In this document: positions 7,861 to 14,804 of the stretch, one piece after another | Numbering within the stretch: position 1 is the stretch's first letter | How the letters are laid out: each line of letters starts with the position of its first letter | Source of the DNA: an uncultured bacterium | GTDB lineage: Bacteria; Gemmatimonadota; Gemmatimonadetes; Gemmatimonadales; Gemmatimonadaceae | DNA: 16,182 bases | Direction of reading: 5' to 3' | NCBI GenBank assembly: GCA_963978095.1 | Contig: CAXBQP010000059.1 | Coordinates: 1-16,182, forward strand | Program-made: the position numbers and the translations under genes | The notes under the pieces: model-generated | The model's input: only the letters and a program-made list of their open reading frames with translations | The model's database searches: none | Told to the model about the DNA's origin: nothing

Positions 7861-8027
7861 GAGGTTCTCTCGCAGAAGGGGGAGAGGTTACAAATATGTT
7901 ATATCCAGTGCCCTCAGACCAGTAACCGCTTCTGAATGAGTACATATGACAGCGAGTGTAAAATATTCATACAGATAGCCTGTCGCATTGGGGACCGACG
8001 CTCTATTATCCGGAGTCTCCAACCCTC
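7861..8027. promoter_or_regulatory. AT-rich divergent promoter region with inverted repeats
   Basis: Markedly lower GC than the flanks. Contains GGTTAC(7886-7891)/GTAACC(7922-7927), TGTA-AAATATTCA-TACA (7957-7973) and a TATTAT -10-like hexamer (8004-8009). Confidence 0.55.
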
Positions 8028-8039
8028 GTGCAACGTCCG

Positions 8040-9983
8040 ATGCAGATTCCCGCACAGTTCGGCACCGGCCGGACCTTCAGGCTCGTCAGCGCTCTCACTT
8101 TGGGGCTCGGCGTGGTGCACGCTGCCGAGGCGCAGGGGGCGGCGGCCGCGGCCCCGAAGCCCGGTCCGGTCTTCGTGAATGGAACGGCCCAGATCGTCCC
8201 CGCCTTTCAGGACTCTACGCGCTGGATCCGTCAGCACCTGTGGGTCGAGACGGATTTCGACACGGACCACGACGGCAAGAAGGATCGGGTGTTCGTCGAT
8301 GTCACGCGCCCGGGGCAGACTGAATCGGATGGACTCAAGGTCTCGATCGTCTACGGCTCCAGCCCGTACTACGCGGGCACGGCGCGTGTCGATCCGAACT
8401 GGGATGTCAAACAGGAACTGGACGCCGAGTCGCCGCCGCGGGAACCGGCGACCTCACCGCCGTACCGCGCTGATCGCATCCGGATTTCCAATGCGCTCGT
8501 GAACCAGTGGGTCCCGCGCGGCTTCGCGGTCGTCCACAGCGAAGCGAGCGGCACCGGACAATCGCAGGGGTGTCCCACCGTGGGTGACTACCCGGAGCGC
8601 ATGGCGATGAAGTTCGTCATCGATTGGCTGAATGGCCGCGCCAAGGGTTTCACCTCCAAGACCGGCACCGACGAGGTGACGGCCACGGCCTGGTCCACCG
8701 GCAAAGTCGGGATGATCGGCACCTCGTACGAAGGGACACTGCCGCTGGCCGCGGCCACGACCGGCGTGCAGGGACTCGAAGTCGTCGTCCCGGTCTCGCC
8801 GAACACGTCCTACTACAACTACTACCGCGCCAACGGGCTGGTGCGCTCGCCCGGCGGCTATCTGGGCGAGGACGTGGATGTCCTGTACGATTTCGTCGCC
8901 AGCGGGGACACGGCGGGGCGCGCGAACTGTGACCGCATCTGGAAGCGTGGCGTCTTCGCCGGTGCCACAGGACAAGACCGTGCGACCGGTGACTACAACG
9001 CGTTCTGGGCCGCCCGAGACCTGGTGCCTTTGGCCAAGAACATCAAGGCCGCGGTGCTGCTCGCGCACGGCCTGAACGACTACAACGTGATGCCGTCGCA
9101 CAGCGTGCGCGTGTTCGAGGAACTGCAGGCGCATCACATCACGTCGGCGATCTATCTGCATCAGGGCGGCCACGGCGGGAATCCGCCGGACGAGCTGCTG
9201 AACCGCTGGTTCAGCCACTATTTGTACGGGGTGGACAACGGCGTCGAGAAGGATGGGCGCGCGTGGATCGTGTCCAATACGGCCGCGGCGACAAGTGCGC
9301 CCGGACAGCGTCCGGTCGCGCCCGCGCCAGCGTCCTTCGCCACCTTTCCGGTGCCGGGTTCTGTCCCGGTGACGTTCTTCGGACAGCGCGGCGGACGCGG
9401 CGTGGCGACGTTGCGCGTCTCGGCGCCCGCGAGCGGCGTGGACACGCTCACCGACGATGTCGCCATGAGCGGCAGTGCCAATGCGAGCGCGGTCACGTCG
9501 GCGAATCGTCTGCTGTATGCCACCGCGACGCTCACCGACACGGTGCATGTCTCCGGCACCGCACGCGTGACGCTGCGCGTGGCGGCCAGCGCATCGGCCG
9601 CGAATCTGACGGTCTGGCTCGTCACCCTTCCGTACGACTCCACCCGTCGCGGCTCGGACGGCCAACGCGGCGTCATCACGCGCGGCTGGGCGGACATCCG
9701 CAACTACAAGGCGCTCACCGCGGGAGGCTACTACACCGACCTGCGTCCCGGTGAGCCGCTCGTCCCGGGCGTGTTCCACGACGTCACCTTCGATCTCGAA
9801 CCGAATGATCAGATGCTCCTGCCGGGGCAGCGGCTTGCCGTGATGGTCATGTCGAGCGATCGCCAGTTCACGCTCTGGCCGAAGGCCGGCACGCGCCTGA
9901 TGGTGGACGTCGCGCACTCCCAGTTCACGATCCCGATCGTCGGCGGGACGGGGGCGCTGGCCAAGGCTGGTGTGGCGCGCTGA
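8040..9983 (+). CDS. Xaa-Pro dipeptidyl-peptidase, peptidase S15 / CocE-NonD family, exported
   Basis: Signal peptide ending AAEAQ. Motifs WVET.FDTD.DGK.DR, SSPYY, nucleophile GTSYEG, NDYNV (Asp), HQGGH (His) and PepX_C-like C-terminus (ITRGWAD, FDLEPND). Alternative GTG start at 8028. Confidence 0.9.
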   Translation: MQIPAQFGTGRTFRLVSALTLGLGVVHAAEAQGAAAAAPKPGPVFVNGTAQIVPAFQDSTRWIRQHLWVETDFDTDHDGKKDRVFVDVTRPGQTESDGLKVSIVYGSSPYYAGTARVDPNWDVKQELDAESPPREPATSPPYRADRIRISNALVNQWVPRGFAVVHSEASGTGQSQGCPTVGDYPERMAMKFVIDWLNGRAKGFTSKTGTDEVTATAWSTGKVGMIGTSYEGTLPLAAATTGVQGLEVVVPVSPNTSYYNYYRANGLVRSPGGYLGEDVDVLYDFVASGDTAGRANCDRIWKRGVFAGATGQDRATGDYNAFWAARDLVPLAKNIKAAVLLAHGLNDYNVMPSHSVRVFEELQAHHITSAIYLHQGGHGGNPPDELLNRWFSHYLYGVDNGVEKDGRAWIVSNTAAATSAPGQRPVAPAPASFATFPVPGSVPVTFFGQRGGRGVATLRVSAPASGVDTLTDDVAMSGSANASAVTSANRLLYATATLTDTVHVSGTARVTLRVAASASAANLTVWLVTLPYDSTRRGSDGQRGVITRGWADIRNYKALTAGGYYTDLRPGEPLVPGVFHDVTFDLEPNDQMLLPGQRLAVMVMSSDRQFTLWPKAGTRLMVDVAHSQFTIPIVGGTGALAKAGVAR

Positions 9984-10561
9984 TGTCAGCCGCCGATGCT
10001 CGGGTCACGATTCACATGGCGGCCAGTCTGGACGGGTTCATCGCCCGCACCGACGGGCGCGTCGACTGGCTCGAGACGTCGGACCACTACGCCGGCGGTG
10101 AGACCATGGCGCCGGCCGACGTCCAGGCGTTCCTCGCGACGATCGATTGCTATGTGATGGGATCACGGACGTACGAGACCGCACTCCGTTTCGCGTCGAG
10201 TGGCGCCGGGTGGGCCTACGGGGACACCCCCGTGCAGGTGCTGACCACACGTGAGCTGCCGCAGATTCGTCCGACGGTCACGTTCCATTCAGGGGATCTC
10301 GCCGCGCTCGTGCAGGAGACGCTGCGCCCGCGATACCGCACGATCTGGTGCGTGGGTGGTGCGAGCCTCGCCGGCGAGTTCCTGCGGCGCGGCCTCGCCG
10401 ACGAGGTGCGGTGCTCGATCCTGCCGATCCTCATCGGCGACGGCATCCCGTTCTTCCGTACCGTGGGCGGCGATATCCCGCTCCACCTCGCGGAGGTGCA
10501 CGCGTATGCCACGGGGATGCTCGATGTGCGGTACGAGATCGGCACCGCCCGCGCGCCGTGA
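9983..10561 (+). CDS. Dihydrofolate reductase-like / RibD C-terminal domain protein
   Basis: Motifs IHMAASLDGFIA, VMGSRTYE, VGGASL, PILIGDGIPFF. Start overlaps the upstream stop (TGATG). Confidence 0.9.
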   Translation: MSAADARVTIHMAASLDGFIARTDGRVDWLETSDHYAGGETMAPADVQAFLATIDCYVMGSRTYETALRFASSGAGWAYGDTPVQVLTTRELPQIRPTVTFHSGDLAALVQETLRPRYRTIWCVGGASLAGEFLRRGLADEVRCSILPILIGDGIPFFRTVGGDIPLHLAEVHAYATGMLDVRYEIGTARAP

Positions 10562-10568
10562 TGGCGTG

Positions 10569-11126
10569 CTATGACGGGCCGCCGACCGTCAGGATTCCGC
10601 GAAACCCGCGCGCCGCATAGTACGACGGCGCCCCGTTGTGGTACACGAAGACGTGGCCGTAGCGTCGATCGCAGAAGAGGGCACCGCCGGCGGCCCGGAT
10701 CGCCGGTGGAGTGGTGATCCAGCTGGAGGTCTTGGTGTCGAAGTCACCGAGTTGCTGCAGCCTCCGGTACTGCTCCTCGGTGAGCAACGCGATGCCCATC
10801 TCGGCGGCACGCTCCACGGCGCAGCCGGCCGGCTTGTTCTCTTTCCGCGCGTCCAGGGCGGGGCGGTCGTAACACAGACTTCGGCGCCCTGCCGGGCTCT
10901 CGGGGGAGCAATCACAGAAGGTGACGCGGCCCGTGCGCCCGTCGTGGTCGATCACGTCCGGCTCGCCGCCGGTCGATTCCATCGCCAGGAGTGAGGGCAG
11001 GGCCCCCGGGCTCCCGGTGAGGACGGACCGGACGTCGCTCCACGCCAGCCCCGGGTGCCGATGCGGGTGCGCGTCAAAGCGGGCGCGCACGGTCGCCAGC
11101 AGCTTCTGTGTGACCTGCGTATTCAT
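10569..11126 (-). CDS. DUF4256 domain-containing protein
   Basis: Motifs MESTGGEPDV, DCSPESPAGRRSLCYD, FDTKTSSW, GGALFCDRRYGHVFVYHNGA.SYYAARGFRG. Confidence 0.85.
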   Translation of the reverse strand: MNTQVTQKLLATVRARFDAHPHRHPGLAWSDVRSVLTGSPGALPSLLAMESTGGEPDVIDHDGRTGRVTFCDCSPESPAGRRSLCYDRPALDARKENKPAGCAVERAAEMGIALLTEEQYRRLQQLGDFDTKTSSWITTPPAIRAAGGALFCDRRYGHVFVYHNGAPSYYAARGFRGILTVGGPS

Positions 11127-11310
11127 GGGCAGTCGTCGGTTGGAAGGTCGTTCTAGTGTACCCGCAGGACCGCGAATCCTCCACGCGTCCGTCCCGCCGC
11201 CTAGTGCTTCGTGGTATCACGCTGTATCGTTTTCCGTAGGCACCCTTGACCGCCCACTTCCTTCCGCCGGCGCGCGACGTGCGCTGGCCTCCAGACGGAG
11301 TCCACACGCC

Positions 11311-11946
11311 ATGATGACCCCCCGTTCGGTCGTCGTCCTCACGATGGTTGCCCTCCTGGCCGGTGCGACGTCGACCGTGTCCGCGCAAGGCGGCATGGCC
11401 GGCATGGCCGGCATGGACCACATGGACCACATGAACATGGGGCCCGAAATCGTGATCCCGGCGGGCGCCATCTACACGAAGGCCGACGTGGAGTTCATGC
11501 AAGGCATGATTGCGCATCATGCCCAGGCGATCGTCATGTCGCGGTTGGCGGAGTCCCACGGCGCCAACCCGCAGGTGCTCAAACTGTCGAAGAAGATCGA
11601 CCAGTCGCAGATCCCGGAAATCGAGATCATGCAGAAGTGGCTGCAGCGCAACAAGCAGTTCGCGCCCGATACGGCCTCCTGGCATCATATGCGCATGGAC
11701 GGGATGCTCACGGATGCACAGCTCACGGAACTCCAGAACGCGAAAGGCGTCGATTTCGATCGCGCGTACCTGACGTACATGATCATGCACCACGCCGGCG
11801 CGCTGAAGATGGTCGATGACCTCTTCAAGTCGCCGCGCGCGGGACAGGAAGTCGATGTCTCCGTGTTCGCCAACGATGTCGTGACGGCGCAGACGGGCGA
11901 GATCGGCATCATGCGCGGCCTCATGACCAAGCTCCCCCCGAAGTAA
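11311..11946 (+). CDS. DUF305 (CopM-like, ferritin-like) exported protein with Met/His-rich N-terminus
   Basis: GGAG at 11297-11300. Signal peptide ending VSAQ. Paired DUF305 motifs ADVEFMQGMIAHHAQAI and FDRAYL.YMIMHHAGALKMV, plus Q..EI..M repeats. The track start at 10921 overlaps DUF4256 and is rejected. Confidence 0.9.
   Translation: MMTPRSVVVLTMVALLAGATSTVSAQGGMAGMAGMDHMDHMNMGPEIVIPAGAIYTKADVEFMQGMIAHHAQAIVMSRLAESHGANPQVLKLSKKIDQSQIPEIEIMQKWLQRNKQFAPDTASWHHMRMDGMLTDAQLTELQNAKGVDFDRAYLTYMIMHHAGALKMVDDLFKSPRAGQEVDVSVFANDVVTAQTGEIGIMRGLMTKLPPK
11392..11439 (+). repeat. Imperfect 9-bp coding tandem repeat encoding GMA-GMA-GMD-HMD-HMN-M
   Basis: Units read ggcatggcc ggcatggcc ggcatggac cacatggac cacatgaac atg. 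Confidence 0.85.
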
Positions 11947-12024
11947 GCACCCGCAGTGTTCCGATCTCCGACGCCGTCGTGGGCGTCCCGTTCGTCCCTT
12001 GTCCCTCCACCGGAGTATGTGCTG

Positions 12025-13890
12025 ATGCGTGTCGTCCGCCTCTTGATACTAGTGTTGGTGACTCTCGTCGCGCCGCGCGTGGCGTCCGCGCAGACGTATC
12101 CGAGTGCGCAGGATCCGCGCACCAATCTCAAGCCGGGCCGCTTTGACGCGGGCATTGCCACGAGCAACATGCGCCTGGTGTCGTTCTCCAAGAAGCCGGC
12201 GCAGTTCGATACGGTCCGCGGCCTGACCTTCATCAACTCGGATCTCGCGTTCGGCACCCATTTCGTGTATCAGGCGAACTTCGCCGGCTTCACGATCTGG
12301 GACATCACGGACGTGGCCAAGCCGACGATCGCGTCGGTGGTCGAGTGCATCACCTCGCAGGGCGACCCGTCGATCGTCGGGAATCTGCTCTTCATCTCCG
12401 CGGAGGGTGCGGGCAACCGCAATGACTGCGGCAAGGGTGGGGTGCAGGACCCGAAGGACCACATGGCGGGGGTGCGCATCTTCGACGTGACCAACCCGAA
12501 GGCGCCCAAGCTCGTCAAGAACGTGCAGACCTGCAAAGGGTCGCACACGCATACCGTCGTGCCGAGCCCGACGGACCCGAACATCATCTACCTCTATGTG
12601 TCGGGGCAGTCGGCCGCGCGGCCGGAGACGGAACTTGCGGGCTGCAAGAACGGCACCGATCCGGCCGATCCGAGCAACTCGCTGTACATGCTCGACATCA
12701 TCAAGGTGCCGCTCAATCACCCCGAGCAGGCCGTGGTGATTCCGGGCGCGCGCATCTTCACGGGCCTCGATGGTGGCGGCACGTGCAAGCAGTTCTGCGT
12801 GCCGGTGAATCCGAACCGTGCGGCGGGCGGTCGCGGCCGTGGCGGCGCTCCCGGTGATGCCGCGGCGCCAACGGCGGCTCCAGCCCCGACGGGCCCGCGC
12901 AACTGTCACGACGTGACGGCCTACCCGGCGCTCCACCTGCTCTCGGCGTCCTGCTCGACGCACGCCATCCTCGTGGACATCACGAATCCGGAAAAGCCGG
13001 TGCGTCTCGATGCCCTCGCCGACACCAACAACTTCCAGGGCCGTCACACCGCCGCCTTCAGCAACGACGGCAAGAAGACGATTCAGACGGACGAGTGGGG
13101 CGGCGGCACGGGCCCGATGTGCCAGGCCTCGAGCATGAAGGAACTCGGCGGCAACACGATCATCTCGGTCGATGCCAAGAAGAAGCAGGCGCAGCACGCC
13201 TACTTCAAGCTCCCGGCGGCGCAGTCGGCCGAGGAGAACTGCGTGTCGCACAACGGCGGGATCATCCCGGTGCCGGGTCGTGACCTCTACGTGCAGGGCT
13301 GGTACCAGGGCGGCATCGACGTCATGGACTTCACCGATCAGGACAACGCCTTCGAGATCGCCTACTTCGATCGCGGGTCGATCGATCCGCCGGCCGGTGC
13401 GGACGTTCCGACGGCCGCGATGGCGGGTCAGGCCGCGGGCGGTCGCCGTGGCAGCGGCACAATCGGCGGTTCGTGGGGTGCCTACTACTGGAACGGGATG
13501 ATCTTCTCCTCGGAACTCGACCGCGGACTGGACATCCTGGAGCTCACGCCGAGCGCACAGCTGTCGGCCAACGAACTCGCGGCGGCGAAGCTGGTGACGT
13601 TCACGGAGTACAATCCGCAGAGCCAGCCCAAGATGACGTGGCCGCCGGCGTTCGTGGTGGTACGGTCGTATCTGGATCAGTTGGTGCGTGGCAGCGGTCT
13701 CGCGGCCGAGCGCACCACCGCCATCTCGGCGGCGCTCGACGCGGCGGAGATGAAGTCGGGAGCGGCGCGTGCCGCGGCGCTGAACGCGCTCGCCGCGCAG
13801 GTCGATGGCGACGTGAAGGGTGCCAAGGACAGCGCCCGCGTCAAGACGATGGCCGGCGAGATCCGCCGGTTGGCGGCGGCGTCGAAGTAA
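12025..13890 (+). CDS. Exported LVIVD-repeat beta-propeller protein, His/Cys-rich, with Ala-rich helical C-terminal domain
   Basis: GGAG at 12012-12015 and ATG at 12025. Signal peptide ending ASAQ. LVIVD-like blades GFTIWDITD..KP, GVRIFDVTNPKAP, ILVDITNPEKP, GIDVMDFTD and RGLDILEL. Motifs C.GSHTHT, NCHDVT, HTAAFSNDG, TDEWGGG and ENCVSHNG. Confidence 0.85.
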   Translation: MRVVRLLILVLVTLVAPRVASAQTYPSAQDPRTNLKPGRFDAGIATSNMRLVSFSKKPAQFDTVRGLTFINSDLAFGTHFVYQANFAGFTIWDITDVAKPTIASVVECITSQGDPSIVGNLLFISAEGAGNRNDCGKGGVQDPKDHMAGVRIFDVTNPKAPKLVKNVQTCKGSHTHTVVPSPTDPNIIYLYVSGQSAARPETELAGCKNGTDPADPSNSLYMLDIIKVPLNHPEQAVVIPGARIFTGLDGGGTCKQFCVPVNPNRAAGGRGRGGAPGDAAAPTAAPAPTGPRNCHDVTAYPALHLLSASCSTHAILVDITNPEKPVRLDALADTNNFQGRHTAAFSNDGKKTIQTDEWGGGTGPMCQASSMKELGGNTIISVDAKKKQAQHAYFKLPAAQSAEENCVSHNGGIIPVPGRDLYVQGWYQGGIDVMDFTDQDNAFEIAYFDRGSIDPPAGADVPTAAMAGQAAGGRRGSGTIGGSWGAYYWNGMIFSSELDRGLDILELTPSAQLSANELAAAKLVTFTEYNPQSQPKMTWPPAFVVVRSYLDQLVRGSGLAAERTTAISAALDAAEMKSGAARAAALNALAAQVDGDVKGAKDSARVKTMAGEIRRLAAASK

Positions 13891-13914
13891 GCGCGCCACG
13901 TCACCCCGATATTC

Positions 13915-13948
13915 ACGAAGGGCGCCTCCATGCGGGGGCGCCCTTCGT
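13915..13948. terminator. Strong hairpin between convergent genes, probable bidirectional terminator
   Basis: ACGAAGGGCGCCTCC-atgc-GGGGGCGCCCTTCGT forms a 15-bp stem (one G-U pair on the + strand) with a 4-nt loop. The U-tracts are weak. Confidence 0.75.
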
Positions 13949-13975
13949 CATTCCGTGGTGGACGACCCGGCGCGG

Positions 13976-14713
13976 TCAGCGCTTCCAGAGCACCAAGGCG
14001 CCACAAGAGGAGACCTCCTTGAGCTCGGCAGGGACGAGTGATGCGCGTGCGTAGTATTCGACGCCGCCGAGGTCGTCCGTGAAGATCTTGTCGAGATCCG
14101 GCGGCGTGGCCGACTCGAACGGGTAGATCCGGAGCCCATCGCGGACGATCGTGGCGTAACAGGCCGCAGTCGCCCCCGGCGTTCCCGCCGCCGACAACAC
14201 CGACTCGCCACGCGGTCCTGTCGCGATGACGGCCGCGGCATCGACCTTCAGCAAGTTGGCGAGCGGACGCCCGTCCGCAGCCTTGAGTTGCGCCAGGGTG
14301 AAGAACTTTCCCTGCGCCCTGGCGCGCCGTTGCTCGAAGCCCGCGCTCGTCAGCGTCGTCGGCTGTCCCTTTGGCCGTGTGGCGACTTCGACGGCCAGGA
14401 TCTCGAGATCGATCGGCATGCGTACGTTCGGCCCACTCGTGAACTTGTCGAAGTACGCCTGATACCCGCGCGCGACCGCCTCCACGATGTGGCCGCCGTC
14501 ATCGAGGTCGGGCACGCTGATCATGCCGAGGGAGTCGGTGTTCCCGGCTTCGATCGTGTGGTCGATCGTGATCTGCGCATTGCGGATGGCAACGGTGTCC
14601 CCCGCTTTCCGGAAGCGGAGCACCACGGTGCGTGCGTCCTGCGCGGTCGCGGGGGGCGCGATCAGCATCCCGGCGAGGGCGGACACCAGATACAGCAGGC
14701 GTGCAGTTCTCAT
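13976..14713 (-). CDS. Exported protein with carboxypeptidase-regulatory-like domain and C-terminal TonB-plug-like domain (no beta-barrel)
   Basis: Signal peptide MRTARLLYLVSALAGMLIAPPATAQ. TDSLG..S...L..G.H.VEAVARGY resembles CarboxypepD_reg. The C-terminal half reads GFEQRR...GKFFT, C...IVRDG, DDLGGVEYY...VP.E....CGALVLW. Start at 14713 (alternative 14719); the extension to 14929 overlaps the ABC-F gene. Confidence 0.7.
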   Translation of the reverse strand: MRTARLLYLVSALAGMLIAPPATAQDARTVVLRFRKAGDTVAIRNAQITIDHTIEAGNTDSLGMISVPDLDDGGHIVEAVARGYQAYFDKFTSGPNVRMPIDLEILAVEVATRPKGQPTTLTSAGFEQRRARAQGKFFTLAQLKAADGRPLANLLKVDAAAVIATGPRGESVLSAAGTPGATAACYATIVRDGLRIYPFESATPPDLDKIFTDDLGGVEYYARASLVPAELKEVSSCGALVLWKR

Positions 14714-14720
14714 GGCCATA

Positions 14721-14726
14721 ACGATA
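14721..14726 (-). promoter_or_regulatory. Putative -10 element (TATCGT), probable leaderless promoter
   Basis: TANNNT hexamer 7 nt upstream of the ATG at 14713, with no Shine-Dalgarno sequence. Confidence 0.45.
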
Positions 14727-14757
14727 ACGGGAAAGTTGGTGAGGGTGCAGCGGATCG

Positions 14758-14796
14758 GCGGTCGTGCCCGCGGTCGTACCCGCGGTCGTGCCCGCG
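14758..14796. repeat. Intergenic 12-bp tandem repeat (GCGGTCGTRCCC)x3.25
   Basis: Units read gcggtcgtgccc gcggtcgtaccc gcggtcgtgccc gcg. Confidence 0.85.
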
Positions 14797-14804
14797 ATGC
14801 GGGG

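Noticed and set aside
7861..8027. Mobile element remnant, small ORF or known riboswitch in the AT-rich patch
   Set aside because: No terminal repeats with target duplication, no transposase and no recognisable riboswitch consensus. ORFs 7914-8270 and 7936-8178 overlap real genes and lack motifs.
9983..10561. True folA or ribD
   Set aside because: There is no deaminase domain and no FolA-type PW motif. It matches the generic stand-alone RibD_C family.
10921..11310. N-terminal extension of the DUF305 ORF
   Set aside because: It overlaps DUF4256 on the opposite strand. The SD-like GGAG and signal peptide support a start at 11311.
11127..11310. Copper-regulator (CsoR/CueR) operator upstream of DUF305, e.g. 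near-palindrome GTGGTATCAC at 11211-11220
   Set aside because: Too short and not a convincing match to a known operator consensus.
12049..13899. 616-aa minus-strand ORF (also 8454-9917, 3484-4728, 6757-7935 and similar)
   Set aside because: These are antisense to well-supported genes, Arg/Gly-rich and motif-free, as expected from GC-rich codon bias.
14758..14796. Possible CRISPR-like array
   Set aside because: The 12-bp units are contiguous with no spacers, and there are no cas genes.
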